Assembly: GCA_051382305.1 (NCBI GenBank)
Contig: JBBCAV010000370.1
Coordinates: forward strand, 1 to 34,352
Reading direction: 5' to 3'
Length of the DNA stretch: 34,352 nt
DNA from: Bdellovibrionota bacterium FG-2
GTDB taxonomy: Bacteria > Bdellovibrionota > UBA1018
Numbering within the stretch: position 1 is the first letter of the stretch; each line of letters begins with the position of its first letter. Shown here piece by piece: positions 17,007 to 26,616 of the stretch. Below the pieces are notes generated by a model. That model ran no database searches and was not told the origin of the DNA. It saw only the letters and a program-made list of their open reading frames with translations. Made by a program: the position numbers and the translations under genes.

Positions 17007-17846
17007 TTAGATTCTCCCTAAATAGAGTAAGCCTAGGAGACCTGCGCCAAAAAAGATGCGATACAAAACAAAAACGGAATTAGAATATTTTTTCAAAAAA
17101 GTGATCAACGTACTGACTGCGAGATATCCCGTGACGAAGGCGGTGAGAGTTCCAATAGCGAGCTCCAGAATTTGCGCGGGGGCTACCCATTTTAGGGCTT
17201 GATGAAGTTCCAACATGCCGCTTGCAAAAACCGCCGGGATGCTCAAGAGAAACGATAATCTGGCAGCCTCACTGCGTTTGATTCCTAAAAGCAGCCCTGC
17301 GGTCATCGTGGTCCCAGAGCGGGAGGCGCCTGGAATCAAGGCGAAGGCTTGTGCTACGCCGATTAAGAAAGAGTCCAGAAGGGTTGTTTCTGCCATAGTC
17401 TTACGGTGTTTTGCCCATTTTTCGGCTAAACCTAAGATCAGACCGAAGAGCACGAGATTCACGGCGATGACGAAAACACTTTTCGTCAGTCCCCCTTCGA
17501 TGACATGCTTCAGTGATAGCCCGATGACGACGACCGGGATTGTTCCTAAAATAATCATCCAACCTAATCTGGAATCAAAGCTTTGTTGGGTTACAGGCTT
17601 CCGAGCGAAATTTTCTTGGCAAAACGCCAGTGTGATGTTCGAGATTTCTTTTCGAAAATAAACGAGGACGGCAAGCAGAGTGCCGAGCTGAATTACGGCC
17701 ATGAAAGCCGTCCACTGCTCAGGATGCTCAAGGTCTATGACATGAATGAATTTGCCTGCAAGCGTCAGGTGCGCGGTGCTGCTAATGGGGAGAAATTCGG
17801 TAAGCCCCTGAATGAAGCCCAAAATAATTGAATTGAAGATTGTCAT
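17007..17846 (-). CDS. uppP: Undecaprenyl-diphosphate phosphatase
   Basis: GFIQGLTEFLPISSTAHL, IQLGT, ALIPGASRSGTT, SFLLSIP. Confidence 0.97.
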   Translation of the reverse strand: MTIFNSIILGFIQGLTEFLPISSTAHLTLAGKFIHVIDLEHPEQWTAFMAVIQLGTLLAVLVYFRKEISNITLAFCQENFARKPVTQQSFDSRLGWMIILGTIPVVVIGLSLKHVIEGGLTKSVFVIAVNLVLFGLILGLAEKWAKHRKTMAETTLLDSFLIGVAQAFALIPGASRSGTTMTAGLLLGIKRSEAARLSFLLSIPAVFASGMLELHQALKWVAPAQILELAIGTLTAFVTGYLAVSTLITFLKKYSNSVFVLYRIFFGAGLLGLLYLGRI

Positions 17847-17875
17847 TATATCTGCAAATTTACCTGAAGAAACCG

Positions 17876-19366
17876 CTAGAGTCGAGTGGATCCTATGCGG
17901 TGTACTTTGACCATGTTCGTCGTGCCGCGGCGAAGGGCAGGAATGCCCGTCGTTACTCCAGAAGTTAGCCCAGAAGTGACAACGATGAGGTCGTCTTTTT
18001 CAGCCCAGCCGCCAGTTTTAAGAACGTTTTCGACCATGGCGAGAATATCGTCGGTCCCGACGAGCTTCGGGATGAGGATTCCACGCACACCCCAGGCAAA
18101 AGCCAGCCGTCTTAAGGTCACCTCATTGTCCATGATGGCAACGATCGGCGTGTCGGGTCGGTGTTTGGCCAAGGTGCGAGCCGCAGTCCCGGAATGAGTC
18201 AAGCAAGCGATGGCGACAGCTCCTGTTTGGCGGGCGATCAGGGCCGCGCTGCTTTCGATCGCATCTACGATGGATCCCGGCAAGGGATGTGAGTCGCGAT
18301 GTTTGGAGTAGGTGTCTTTCGCGCGCTCGGCTTCCATAATAATGCGAGCCATCGTTTCGACAGTTACCTTTGGATATTTTCCAGAAGCACTTTCTGCCGA
18401 AAGCATCACGGCGTCCGTGCCATCAAAAACGGCATTCGCAACGTCGCTGGCTTCAGCACGCGTTGGGGTGGGCGCGAGAATCATGGATTCGAGCATTTGG
18501 GTCGCCGTGATGATGGGCACGCCGAGCTCGTTACACGCGTGAATCAACTGCTTTTGCACGATGGGCACGCGTTGGGCCCCGATCTCTACGGCCATATCCC
18601 CGCGAGCGACCATGAGTCCATCCGCGGCTTCAATGATGAGATCAGGATTGTCGATAGCTTCTTCTCGTTCAATTTTTGCGACGATAATCGGAGGATCATT
18701 GGATACGGCTCGCAAGCGCTGTTTGATATCTTCGATATCGCCGACGGTCCTCACGAACGAAAGCGCCATCGCATCGACTCCATGATCGAGGCCAAATTTG
18801 AGATCCAGCAAGTCTTTTTCCGTGAGGCAGGGCATTGAGAGGGGAGTGCCTGGGAGGTTCATGCCCTTGTGGTCTGTGAGTTTGCCACCGACTTCGACTT
18901 CAACGACCATTTCGGGAGGTCTGACCTCCTTGACGATCGTTGAGATTTTTCCATCATCAAACAAGATGCGCGCCCCGACCTGCACGTCCGTTGAAATCGA
19001 GAGGGCAATCTCGGCGGAGATGGGTACAAGTTTTTTTCCACTTCCAGAAATTTTGGGCTCTGACCCTTCGGGGTAAAGGAGGAGAACATCTCCCTCCGTT
19101 AGCTCAATTCCATCTTTACCCAATTTTCCAGCACGAAGCTTGGGGCCTTGGAGATCTTGCATGATGGCGATGTGTTTGCCCGCTTGTTTAGCCGCTTCCC
19201 GAATGATTTTGATCACGCCTGCATGGTGCTCGTGTGTTCCGTGGCTGAAGTTAAGCCGCGCCACATCCAAGCCCGCCTCGATAAGACCCGAAATTTGCGC
19301 CATCGTTGAAGACGCAGGGCCGAGCGTACAAACGATTTTAACTCTTCTTTTGGATAAGGAGTTCAT
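17876..19366 (-). CDS. pyk: Pyruvate kinase
   Basis: KIVCTLGPAS, ARLNFSHG, DLQGPKLR, AKIE, MVARGD, ATQMLESM, PTRAEASDVANAV.DGTDAVMLS; start probably ATG 19366. Confidence 0.98.
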   Translation of the reverse strand: MNSLSKRRVKIVCTLGPASSTMAQISGLIEAGLDVARLNFSHGTHEHHAGVIKIIREAAKQAGKHIAIMQDLQGPKLRAGKLGKDGIELTEGDVLLLYPEGSEPKISGSGKKLVPISAEIALSISTDVQVGARILFDDGKISTIVKEVRPPEMVVEVEVGGKLTDHKGMNLPGTPLSMPCLTEKDLLDLKFGLDHGVDAMALSFVRTVGDIEDIKQRLRAVSNDPPIIVAKIEREEAIDNPDLIIEAADGLMVARGDMAVEIGAQRVPIVQKQLIHACNELGVPIITATQMLESMILAPTPTRAEASDVANAVFDGTDAVMLSAESASGKYPKVTVETMARIIMEAERAKDTYSKHRDSHPLPGSIVDAIESSAALIARQTGAVAIACLTHSGTAARTLAKHRPDTPIVAIMDNEVTLRRLAFAWGVRGILIPKLVGTDDILAMVENVLKTGGWAEKDDLIVVTSGLTSGVTTGIPALRRGTTNMVKVHRIGSTRL

Positions 19367-21386
19367 TGGCGCGCCTGACTTTATCAAGTTCGTTTTCGTA
19401 GTTTTGCACGAGCGTTCTTTCGCGCTCTTTGCTCTGCTGCTGGAGCTGGGCGATCCGCTGTTCGTGGTTTCGTTCGGATTCTTCTAAGGATTGTTTCATC
19501 TTGCGTCCACTTTCACTGCTGATTTTTTGCAACTCATTTTTGTGATCGTCGTGACGGAGGTCGAACTCCATCTTTTGATCCGCCAAGCGCTTTTCATAAT
19601 TCCGAGCCATCTCATTGTGTTTGGAAATAGCCTCTCTACGCAAGAGTTTTGAACTAAAATCTGCTTCTTGACGCACATCGGCCAGGCGGGAGGTTGCGTC
19701 ATGTCTCAAGGTCTGAATGATGTCATCGTATTCTTTGCGTTGCCGCTCCAGATGGTGCGCATAGTTGCGCTTGAGCGCTTCTGTCTCTTTTTCGTGATCG
19801 ACCTGGAGGTTTCGGGTGTGAACCCCTTTTTCGGTCTCCATGTCTCGCATATGATCAAGGAACTGCGCTTTATCCAATTCTCGATCAACGGCCGACTGTC
19901 GTTGAATCTTCGTTTCCCGCAACCCTTGGTCGTGGCTGAGCTCGCTCATCCGTCCGGAGTATTGGTGTTTTAGATTCTCAAACTGCTTGTCGGTCCCTTC
20001 GTCTTTGAGCTCGGCGGTTTGGCTATACTTCGTTTCGAGTTTTTGCCGAATCTGCTCCTCATAGGCTGTGGGGATGTCTGCAATGTCGGTCGAATTGAGT
20101 TTTTGCTCAAGAGACCTTTCGAGCGTCTTAATGGTTTCTTGGTCCATTTGTCGCTGCCGCGCTAGGGTTTCAGAGGCCGTATGGCTTTGCTGCTGCAGCG
20201 TGTTTTGATTTTGTTTTTCAACGCCCTCTCGTTGGGCCGCGACACCTATCTCAGCAGCGGCGGAGAGCTTCTTGTATTTCCCTTCGAGTTGAAGGCGGTT
20301 CTCATCAAAACGCTTGGAGACGGCTTGATTGTTTTCGTGATCCTCAGTCTTTTGTTTGGACATGATTTTTGCGGACTCTCGGTCCTTGGTTCTGAGGTTC
20401 TCGTCGTTAAGCTGGGTATAGTAGGTGTCGCTCTCCTGGGCTTTCTGCCGAATTTTCGCCATCTGCGTGTCGTAGCTTTGACCGATGAGTTGTTCACGGG
20501 CGCCATTTTCCTGTTCAAACTCCTTGATCGCATCGGCGGTTCCCTGGGCGCGACTTTTGACATAGTGTTTTTCTGCATCGAGGAGGCCCTTGACCTCGCT
20601 TCTCATTGTTTGAGTTTGATCGGCGTGGCTTTCGGTAAGTTTGCGGGTTTGCTTTTCAATGTCCTGTGCTGAAAGGTCCTGGGCGCGGGCGATCTTTCGG
20701 TCCGCTTCGCGGTCATTCTTGTTTTCACGGTGCGCGAAGTCTCGGTCCTTTTCCTTGAGTGCGAGGACGGCGCGATCGCGTTCAAAGCCTATTTGTTTTT
20801 GTGAGTCAGCGCGGATTTCCTCTCGTTCTTGCTGGGACTGATTCTGATTTTGGCGAGCCGTGAATCTATTTTCTTCGGCGAGCTGGTGATAAGCATCTTG
20901 CGTGGCCTGCCGAGTGGTGTTGACGGCACGGGTGAGTTCGTCGTTATTGTCTCGCTGGAGATTTTCAGCCCGTTTGGAGTAGTTTTCTTTCGCGTCGTCC
21001 AGCTTTTGGCTGGTCTGTTGTTCGAGGGATTCATTGGCGCGCGCTAGATCCTGGACTCGGCGCTGCAGCGTATCCGCACTCTCGCCGTTGTAGCGGCTCA
21101 TTCTATTGTAGGTTTGGGAGCGAAGGTCGTCCAATTCGTTGCGATTGCTCTCTTGAACGGATTTGAGTCGCCCATCGGCGACGCCCCGAAGTTGTGCAAT
21201 ACTTTTTTCGTATTTGTCTTCTTGTTCTTTGAGTTGGGCTTTGTATTTTGCTTCCAGATCCTTAATGCGTGCGTTTCGTTTCGCTTCGGTCTTTTCGTTA
21301 TCCGTGCGAATTTCATCCTGAAGTTCATTCAAGCTTTTGAGGGCAGAACCATTTGTATCATCAGATGTTCGCGACACACTAGGCAT
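19338..21386 (-). CDS. Long coiled-coil protein of unknown function
   Basis: ~680 aa rich in E/K/Q/R with almost no Pro; GGAGG precedes ATG 21386. Confidence 0.8.
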   Translation of the reverse strand: MPSVSRTSDDTNGSALKSLNELQDEIRTDNEKTEAKRNARIKDLEAKYKAQLKEQEDKYEKSIAQLRGVADGRLKSVQESNRNELDDLRSQTYNRMSRYNGESADTLQRRVQDLARANESLEQQTSQKLDDAKENYSKRAENLQRDNNDELTRAVNTTRQATQDAYHQLAEENRFTARQNQNQSQQEREEIRADSQKQIGFERDRAVLALKEKDRDFAHRENKNDREADRKIARAQDLSAQDIEKQTRKLTESHADQTQTMRSEVKGLLDAEKHYVKSRAQGTADAIKEFEQENGAREQLIGQSYDTQMAKIRQKAQESDTYYTQLNDENLRTKDRESAKIMSKQKTEDHENNQAVSKRFDENRLQLEGKYKKLSAAAEIGVAAQREGVEKQNQNTLQQQSHTASETLARQRQMDQETIKTLERSLEQKLNSTDIADIPTAYEEQIRQKLETKYSQTAELKDEGTDKQFENLKHQYSGRMSELSHDQGLRETKIQRQSAVDRELDKAQFLDHMRDMETEKGVHTRNLQVDHEKETEALKRNYAHHLERQRKEYDDIIQTLRHDATSRLADVRQEADFSSKLLRREAISKHNEMARNYEKRLADQKMEFDLRHDDHKNELQKISSESGRKMKQSLEESERNHEQRIAQLQQQSKERERTLVQNYENELDKVRRANELLIQKKS

Positions 21387-21551
21387 TGAAAAGCCTCCAA
21401 TGAGGTATATCAGCAAGCCGTGTGCCAAGGAGGCCTCGCGCGCGCCTAAATAAAGCTCAACTTTGCCTCCGTTTTTGCCGAAAGTTTTGCAAAGGCGGTG
21501 GGAGGCTCAAATCCTGAAAGGAAAAAATTGCCTATTGTGGGCAGAGTTTGC

Positions 21552-22169
21552 CTACGGTTCGTCTTCGTTCTCGCTCTCGTTTTCGTCTTCGTCATCTTCA
21601 GAAGTGGCTTTAGATTTCCAGGGAGAAGACGGCGCAAATCCTGAGCTTTCAATATCGTGCTTCGTTTTTTGCTCTTCCATTCGCGCAAGCTTCGTCTTCA
21701 TCGTAAGAATTCTTCCGATCCGGTAGAGCAGCGTCGCTTCTTCAACAGAATCCGTTTGTACGGGTTTCCATCCCTCAAGCACATCTCTTTGGATCATTTG
21801 CTCTTTTTGAATGGTGATTTTGACGGACGATTTTCCATTATAGAAACCCTTGGAGGCCGTCACTTTGTATCGGACTTGCGCTTTGAGATAGGCGTCCGCG
21901 CTTCCAAAGGAATCAATGAGATTTTTCTCAGCAGTATTGTCGGTCCATTTCGTCTGAATGTGGCCACTATCACGATTGGTGACGTCCATGGCGTTTTGCT
22001 TGAGACTTTCAAGTATCGCCTGCCAGGCGAGGTTGAAATCCGTGAGGTAGATCTTGGAAAATGAGCGGGCCGAGTCCGCCCCGATGGTTTCTTGGTAAGC
22101 GGTTACGCAGCCGGACCCTCCGATTGCTCCGATTGCAATGAAGAGAAACGCCCAAAAAAGGGGTCTCAT
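21552..22169 (-). CDS. Predicted lipoprotein (possibly BamC-like fold)
   Basis: Hydrophobic leader with GSG-C lipobox; AWQAILESL...TNRDSGHIQTKW; acidic tail. Confidence 0.7.
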   Translation of the reverse strand: MRPLFWAFLFIAIGAIGGSGCVTAYQETIGADSARSFSKIYLTDFNLAWQAILESLKQNAMDVTNRDSGHIQTKWTDNTAEKNLIDSFGSADAYLKAQVRYKVTASKGFYNGKSSVKITIQKEQMIQRDVLEGWKPVQTDSVEEATLLYRIGRILTMKTKLARMEEQKTKHDIESSGFAPSSPWKSKATSEDDEDENESENEDEP

Positions 22170-22172
22170 AAA

Positions 22173-23618
22173 TTACCGCGCCGTTTTCGCGCCGGCTCGG
22201 GCGAATCGCTCGAGCCCCGTCATAAGAGTGGTGCCATCGATTGAGGTTTCGATAAAGGTTGATCCGAAATCTAAATCAATCAAAGCGTATTTGGCAATGG
22301 CGGCGCTCGAAGTGAGCGTGGAGGTTTGAAGAGCGTATGCGCCAGCAGCGGGGAGCGCATAGACTTTCCATACGGCCGAAGTTTTGTCCTCAAAAACTGC
22401 GACCCTTATGCCTTTTTGGGGTGCTTGAAGGGAGAGGGTTGCGGGAAGTCCTTTGCTGTCGTTGAGCGAGTCAACGCTCATAAACGCACCCGTTTTGACA
22501 CTTGGAGGCAGCGCGGTGGTCGCAGACGAGGCGATGACCCCAGAAATCTGATTGCCGTGGTTTCCATAAGCCAGGGAAAGAGTGACGCGAGCTTTTCCAT
22601 AATCTGCCGCAGGTTGCGCGAGACTCACAGTCCTAATGGGATTTGCGTTCTCGGTGTTGAGCGCGACTTTTACATCCGTAGGAATCAAGATGGAGCGATC
22701 ACCCAGGAGGTCATTGGCCGAAAGAACGAGAATGTTTCCGTCAAAATCAGGCCGAGCAGGCGTGGCCTGGTATTTTTTGGAGAGTAAGACAGTTGCGTTT
22801 AGGTCTTTTTTGAAAGGTCCGGAGGGGGTGATGATATCCGTGGTTCCCGCACTTCTTCGAAATTTCAGTTTATTAAGAAGATCCAAACTCATTTTGCCTC
22901 CCCCCGAGGTCGCCAGGTCAATGAGATCAGCGACGGGAACTTCGCCCTGGATTCCGGTTAGGCGTAGAGGTTGGCCCACAGCGACGGGCAGCTTATAAGT
23001 TGGCTTGTTTAGAACAATGGTATCGAAAATGACGGAAAATGCCTGCCGGGGGATGACGAGGTTTGAAGGGACCTTCTGGGGACCCATCACGTCAATGGTG
23101 TCAGAAAGCGGCGAAATAATAGAGTCAGGATTGAATCCCAAAAGATCGGAAGCGCTCAGGGTCGGAAACACGAGCCCCGCCACAACAACGTCTGAAGTGT
23201 CTGGCATTTTAAATCCGGCCAATCCACCGGTGGCCAATACTGGCGCCGTATTAGCGGTAAGAGGTTTTAGAAAAATGGTCACGATGTGATTTTGGGTCCC
23301 AATGACGGAGACGTTGACGTAGTTGGGTTTTGAGACCGAAATCATTTTGGGGTTGAGTGCTTGGGCAGCGCTTTCAAACGTAAACACGGCGGTGCCTTCG
23401 GCATTGGTGAGGTCCGTTTTGAGTTTGGTTTCTCGGATTTCAGAAACGGCGATTTTGGCTTGAGATAGAGGCTGTTTGGTGAATTCATCGACGACGGATA
23501 CTCGGATCGCGTTCGCGGGGGTCGAGCCGTCATCCTTTATGCTAAAGCCCAAGGTATCTGCGTTGGCAGCGGCTCCGCCCACAAACAGGGCTGTGAAAAT
23601 AATCCTCTTGATGGTCAT
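22173..23618 (-). CDS. Secreted hypothetical protein with N-terminal carboxypeptidase-regulatory-like domain
   Basis: Signal peptide ending ANA-D; VSVVDEFTKQPLSQAKI...TNAEGTAVF...ISVSKPNY; GGAGG RBS. Confidence 0.75.
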   Translation of the reverse strand: MTIKRIIFTALFVGGAAANADTLGFSIKDDGSTPANAIRVSVVDEFTKQPLSQAKIAVSEIRETKLKTDLTNAEGTAVFTFESAAQALNPKMISVSKPNYVNVSVIGTQNHIVTIFLKPLTANTAPVLATGGLAGFKMPDTSDVVVAGLVFPTLSASDLLGFNPDSIISPLSDTIDVMGPQKVPSNLVIPRQAFSVIFDTIVLNKPTYKLPVAVGQPLRLTGIQGEVPVADLIDLATSGGGKMSLDLLNKLKFRRSAGTTDIITPSGPFKKDLNATVLLSKKYQATPARPDFDGNILVLSANDLLGDRSILIPTDVKVALNTENANPIRTVSLAQPAADYGKARVTLSLAYGNHGNQISGVIASSATTALPPSVKTGAFMSVDSLNDSKGLPATLSLQAPQKGIRVAVFEDKTSAVWKVYALPAAGAYALQTSTLTSSAAIAKYALIDLDFGSTFIETSIDGTTLMTGLERFARAGAKTAR

Positions 23619-23690
23619 AATGGTTCCCTCCAGCGACAGGTTTATAGAAAATCATTGCTCTTTGTCAATGGAACATGCACTACTAAAATC

Positions 23691-24689
23691 ATGCGTGTCA
23701 TGAGTGGGGCAGAGGTCGCAAAAGAAGTGCGGCGTGTACTGGAACTTGAGGCTCATTCTATTTTGGAATGTCGGTCAAGAATTGAAGGTCAATCCGCGCG
23801 AGAAATTGAGTCGGCGCTAGGTTGCCTGAAGAACGCGTTAGAGAATGGCGGCAAAATCGTCGTTACGGGTCTTGGGAAGTCCGGAAAGGTCGCGCAAAAA
23901 GTTGCGGCAACGCTAAGCAGTACGGGAAGTCTCGCGGTTTTCTTGCATCCCACCGAGGGCCTCCATGGTGATCTAGGAGTGGTTTCATCAAAAGACGCCG
24001 TGCTCGCCATTAGCTATACCGGAAACACCGAAGAGTTGATTCGTCTTTTGCCCTCCTTGCGAAACATAGGGGCTAAGATTGTAGGTCTGTGCGGCAATTC
24101 TCAGTCTCGGCTGCGTGATTTTTGTGATCATTTTATTGAAGCGTCTGTCTCACAAGAGGCTTGCCCTCACAATCTTGCGCCCACAAGCAGTTCGACCTTG
24201 GCGTTGGCCATGGGCGACGCGCTTGCGGTGACGTTGATGCAACTGCGGGGCTTTGATGCGGACGCTTTTGCTAAAATTCATCCGGCGGGATCGCTGGGGT
24301 ATCGCTTGAATCTGAGGGTCGAAGAAATCATGCATTCGGGTGATCAGTTAGGACTTGTAGGACCTCATGCGTTGATGGAAGAAGTGATTGGCGAATCGAC
24401 CCGAAAAAAACTCGGGGGGGTGCTTGTCGTCGAGGGCACTAAACTCCTAGGGATTATTACGGATGGAGATATTCGGCGCGCATTGCAGCATCGCGAGAAG
24501 TTTTTTTCGTTCGAAGCGCAGCAAGTGATGACTTCCCACCCCATTACCGTTGTTTCGAGCGCGTTGGCAAAAGTGGCTTTGGATTTAATGGAAAATCGAT
24601 CTTCTCAGATTAGTGTGATTCCGGTCGTGGGTGAGGATGGATCTTGGAAGGGCTTGGTCCGTCTTCACGATTTAGTGCGCACTTTCTGA
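23691..24689 (+). CDS. kdsD: Arabinose-5-phosphate isomerase (KpsF/GutQ family; SIS plus two CBS domains)
   Basis: VVTGLGKSG, FLHPTEGLHGDLG, EACPHNLAPTSS, HPAGSLG, GIITDGDIRR; start at 23691 or 23700. Confidence 0.93.
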   Translation: MRVMSGAEVAKEVRRVLELEAHSILECRSRIEGQSAREIESALGCLKNALENGGKIVVTGLGKSGKVAQKVAATLSSTGSLAVFLHPTEGLHGDLGVVSSKDAVLAISYTGNTEELIRLLPSLRNIGAKIVGLCGNSQSRLRDFCDHFIEASVSQEACPHNLAPTSSSTLALAMGDALAVTLMQLRGFDADAFAKIHPAGSLGYRLNLRVEEIMHSGDQLGLVGPHALMEEVIGESTRKKLGGVLVVEGTKLLGIITDGDIRRALQHREKFFSFEAQQVMTSHPITVVSSALAKVALDLMENRSSQISVIPVVGEDGSWKGLVRLHDLVRTF

Positions 24690-24762
24690 TTGCAACCCCA
24701 GGGGACTCGCCTTACGATGAGTTCACCGCAAACGTAGTGAAAACCAAGGAGAAAAGGTTCAA

Positions 24763-25860
24763 ATGAAAAAGACTTCTGAAACTAGAACACGTCGAAGCAG
24801 ATATTTTTCTGCAACATTGCTCACCGCCGGATTGTCGGTGGCATTGTTTATTGTTGTGGCCGCATGCACGGATCATCAGGCGAAGGCAAAGCCTAATTTT
24901 ATTCACAAAGATCCGCCCAAAGCGGGCATTGTTGCAAAAATTGCCGGTGAAGAGATCACCGAAGAAGCGCTTATTGGAGATGATAAGCTCGATTTTTTTG
25001 ATCTCAAGAAACGTGAGTATGAGCTCAAGATGGAGCGTCTCAATAAACTTGTGATTGAAAAACTCGTGGGCGCGGATGCCAAAAAAGCATCGCTCTCTCT
25101 TGACGATTACATCAACAAGAAAATCATTGGCAGCGATATTAAGATTTCAGATAAAGATTTTAAGAAATTCGTAGCTGAGAAGAAAATCCCTGAAAGTCAG
25201 CTTAATCCTCAGATTCGTGAGCGAATTAATTCTTATCTGCAGACGCTGAAAAAACAGGAACTTGTTCAGGCTTATGTCGCAAAGATGACCAAGGGGAACC
25301 CTGTCGAGGTTTATTTCTCCAAGCCTAAGATGCAGGTCAAAGTGGATGCCGGCAATGCGCCTTTCTTTGGGAAAGCGGATGCTGCTGTTACTGTGGTCGT
25401 ATTTTCTGATTTCCAATGCCCTTTTTGCTCGCGCGGTGCTGATACCGTCAGTGACTTAAAGAAGCGCTATGGAAACAAGATAAAGATTGCGTTCCGTCAT
25501 TTCCCGCTCCCGATGCATAAAGAAGCCCGTCCCGCGGCTGAGGCTTCGATGTGCGTGAATGAGCAAAGCAGCGACAAGTTCTGGAAGTTTCATGATATCG
25601 TGTTCAAGAACCAAGCGAAGCTTGATGCTCCAAGCCTTGAAAAATACGCTAAAGACTCGGGCGCAGACGTAAAAAAATATGCTGAATGTATGACGGCCAA
25701 GAAGTATGCGGACGTTGTTCAGAAGGATATGGAGTACGGCGAGAAAATCGGCGTAAAATCGACTCCGACTTTCTTTGTAAATGGTCAGTTGATCGCCGGT
25801 GCAGTTCCGATTGAGAACTTCGCTGAGATCATCGACGAAGAATTAAATCCAGGCAAGTAA
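24763..25860 (+). CDS. DsbA-family thioredoxin-domain lipoprotein
   Basis: VAA-C lipobox; FSDFQCPFC active site; FRHFPL; GVKSTPTFFVNG. Confidence 0.92.
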   Translation: MKKTSETRTRRSRYFSATLLTAGLSVALFIVVAACTDHQAKAKPNFIHKDPPKAGIVAKIAGEEITEEALIGDDKLDFFDLKKREYELKMERLNKLVIEKLVGADAKKASLSLDDYINKKIIGSDIKISDKDFKKFVAEKKIPESQLNPQIRERINSYLQTLKKQELVQAYVAKMTKGNPVEVYFSKPKMQVKVDAGNAPFFGKADAAVTVVVFSDFQCPFCSRGADTVSDLKKRYGNKIKIAFRHFPLPMHKEARPAAEASMCVNEQSSDKFWKFHDIVFKNQAKLDAPSLEKYAKDSGADVKKYAECMTAKKYADVVQKDMEYGEKIGVKSTPTFFVNGQLIAGAVPIENFAEIIDEELNPGK

Positions 25861-25890
25861 TCGCCTCGATTCGTTAAAAGAAATCGTTTC

Positions 25891-26616
25891 TTAGAGCCTG
25901 GCTTTCTTTTTTAAAGAAGCCAGGCTTTTTTGTATCTGAGCGCGAAACTCAGAGTCTGGCACTTTTGTCATCGCTTTTGCCAAAGCTTCAGAAGTTCGAG
26001 CCACGAGCACTGGGTCTTGTTTGTCGATGCTTTCGATGGCCCTCAAGGCTCGCGAGGGAACCCAGAGCGCTTTGCCTTGGTGGTAGTTTTGAGGATCCTC
26101 GATCGCTTGCACGAGGCTGAGGGGCGCGTTTTGGGGGTCTAATCGAACGAGCGTGCTGACTGCTTCAAGTCTTACGACGAGTGCGGGGTCTTTTAGGAGG
26201 GGTACGACAGATTCAGTGGCATGTGGATCCCTGAGGATGGATAGGGCTCTTAGGCCAGCATTTCTAATCATCCAGCTCTTGTCTTTTAATACTGGAACCA
26301 AGAGTGACGTGGCTCGGGCGCCTCCGAGTTTGGCGATTCCCATGATTGAAACGTAGCGATTCGCATCTGACTCTTTGGGGTTGCCCGCAATGCCCACGAG
26401 AGTTTGGACAGCCTGGGTGCCGTACTTATTTCCCCATGTTACTAAGACCGGGTCAAAATCTGATTTTGCGGATTTCGAACGTTGAGTCAAATCCGCCCTG
26501 ATTTGCTTCGAAATCCATTCAGGATTCACTGCCGGAGTGGGAGCGGTCCATCCGCTGATCGGCGCATTTACAAATAGAAACAAGCACAGTGGCGCTGCAA
26601 GAACTCGTCTATCCAT
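25891..26616 (-). CDS. Secreted HEAT-repeat protein
   Basis: Signal peptide MDRRVLAAPLCLFLFV; LKDKSWMIRNAGLRAL and LKDPALVVRLEAVSTL repeats; start overlaps the upstream stop. Confidence 0.8.
   Translation of the reverse strand: MDRRVLAAPLCLFLFVNAPISGWTAPTPAVNPEWISKQIRADLTQRSKSAKSDFDPVLVTWGNKYGTQAVQTLVGIAGNPKESDANRYVSIMGIAKLGGARATSLLVPVLKDKSWMIRNAGLRALSILRDPHATESVVPLLKDPALVVRLEAVSTLVRLDPQNAPLSLVQAIEDPQNYHQGKALWVPSRALRAIESIDKQDPVLVARTSEALAKAMTKVPDSEFRAQIQKSLASLKKKARL

Noticed and set aside
21450-21510. Possible FliA promoter or terminator hairpin on the plus strand
   Set aside because: It points antisense to all local genes, the -35 match is weak and there is no U-tract
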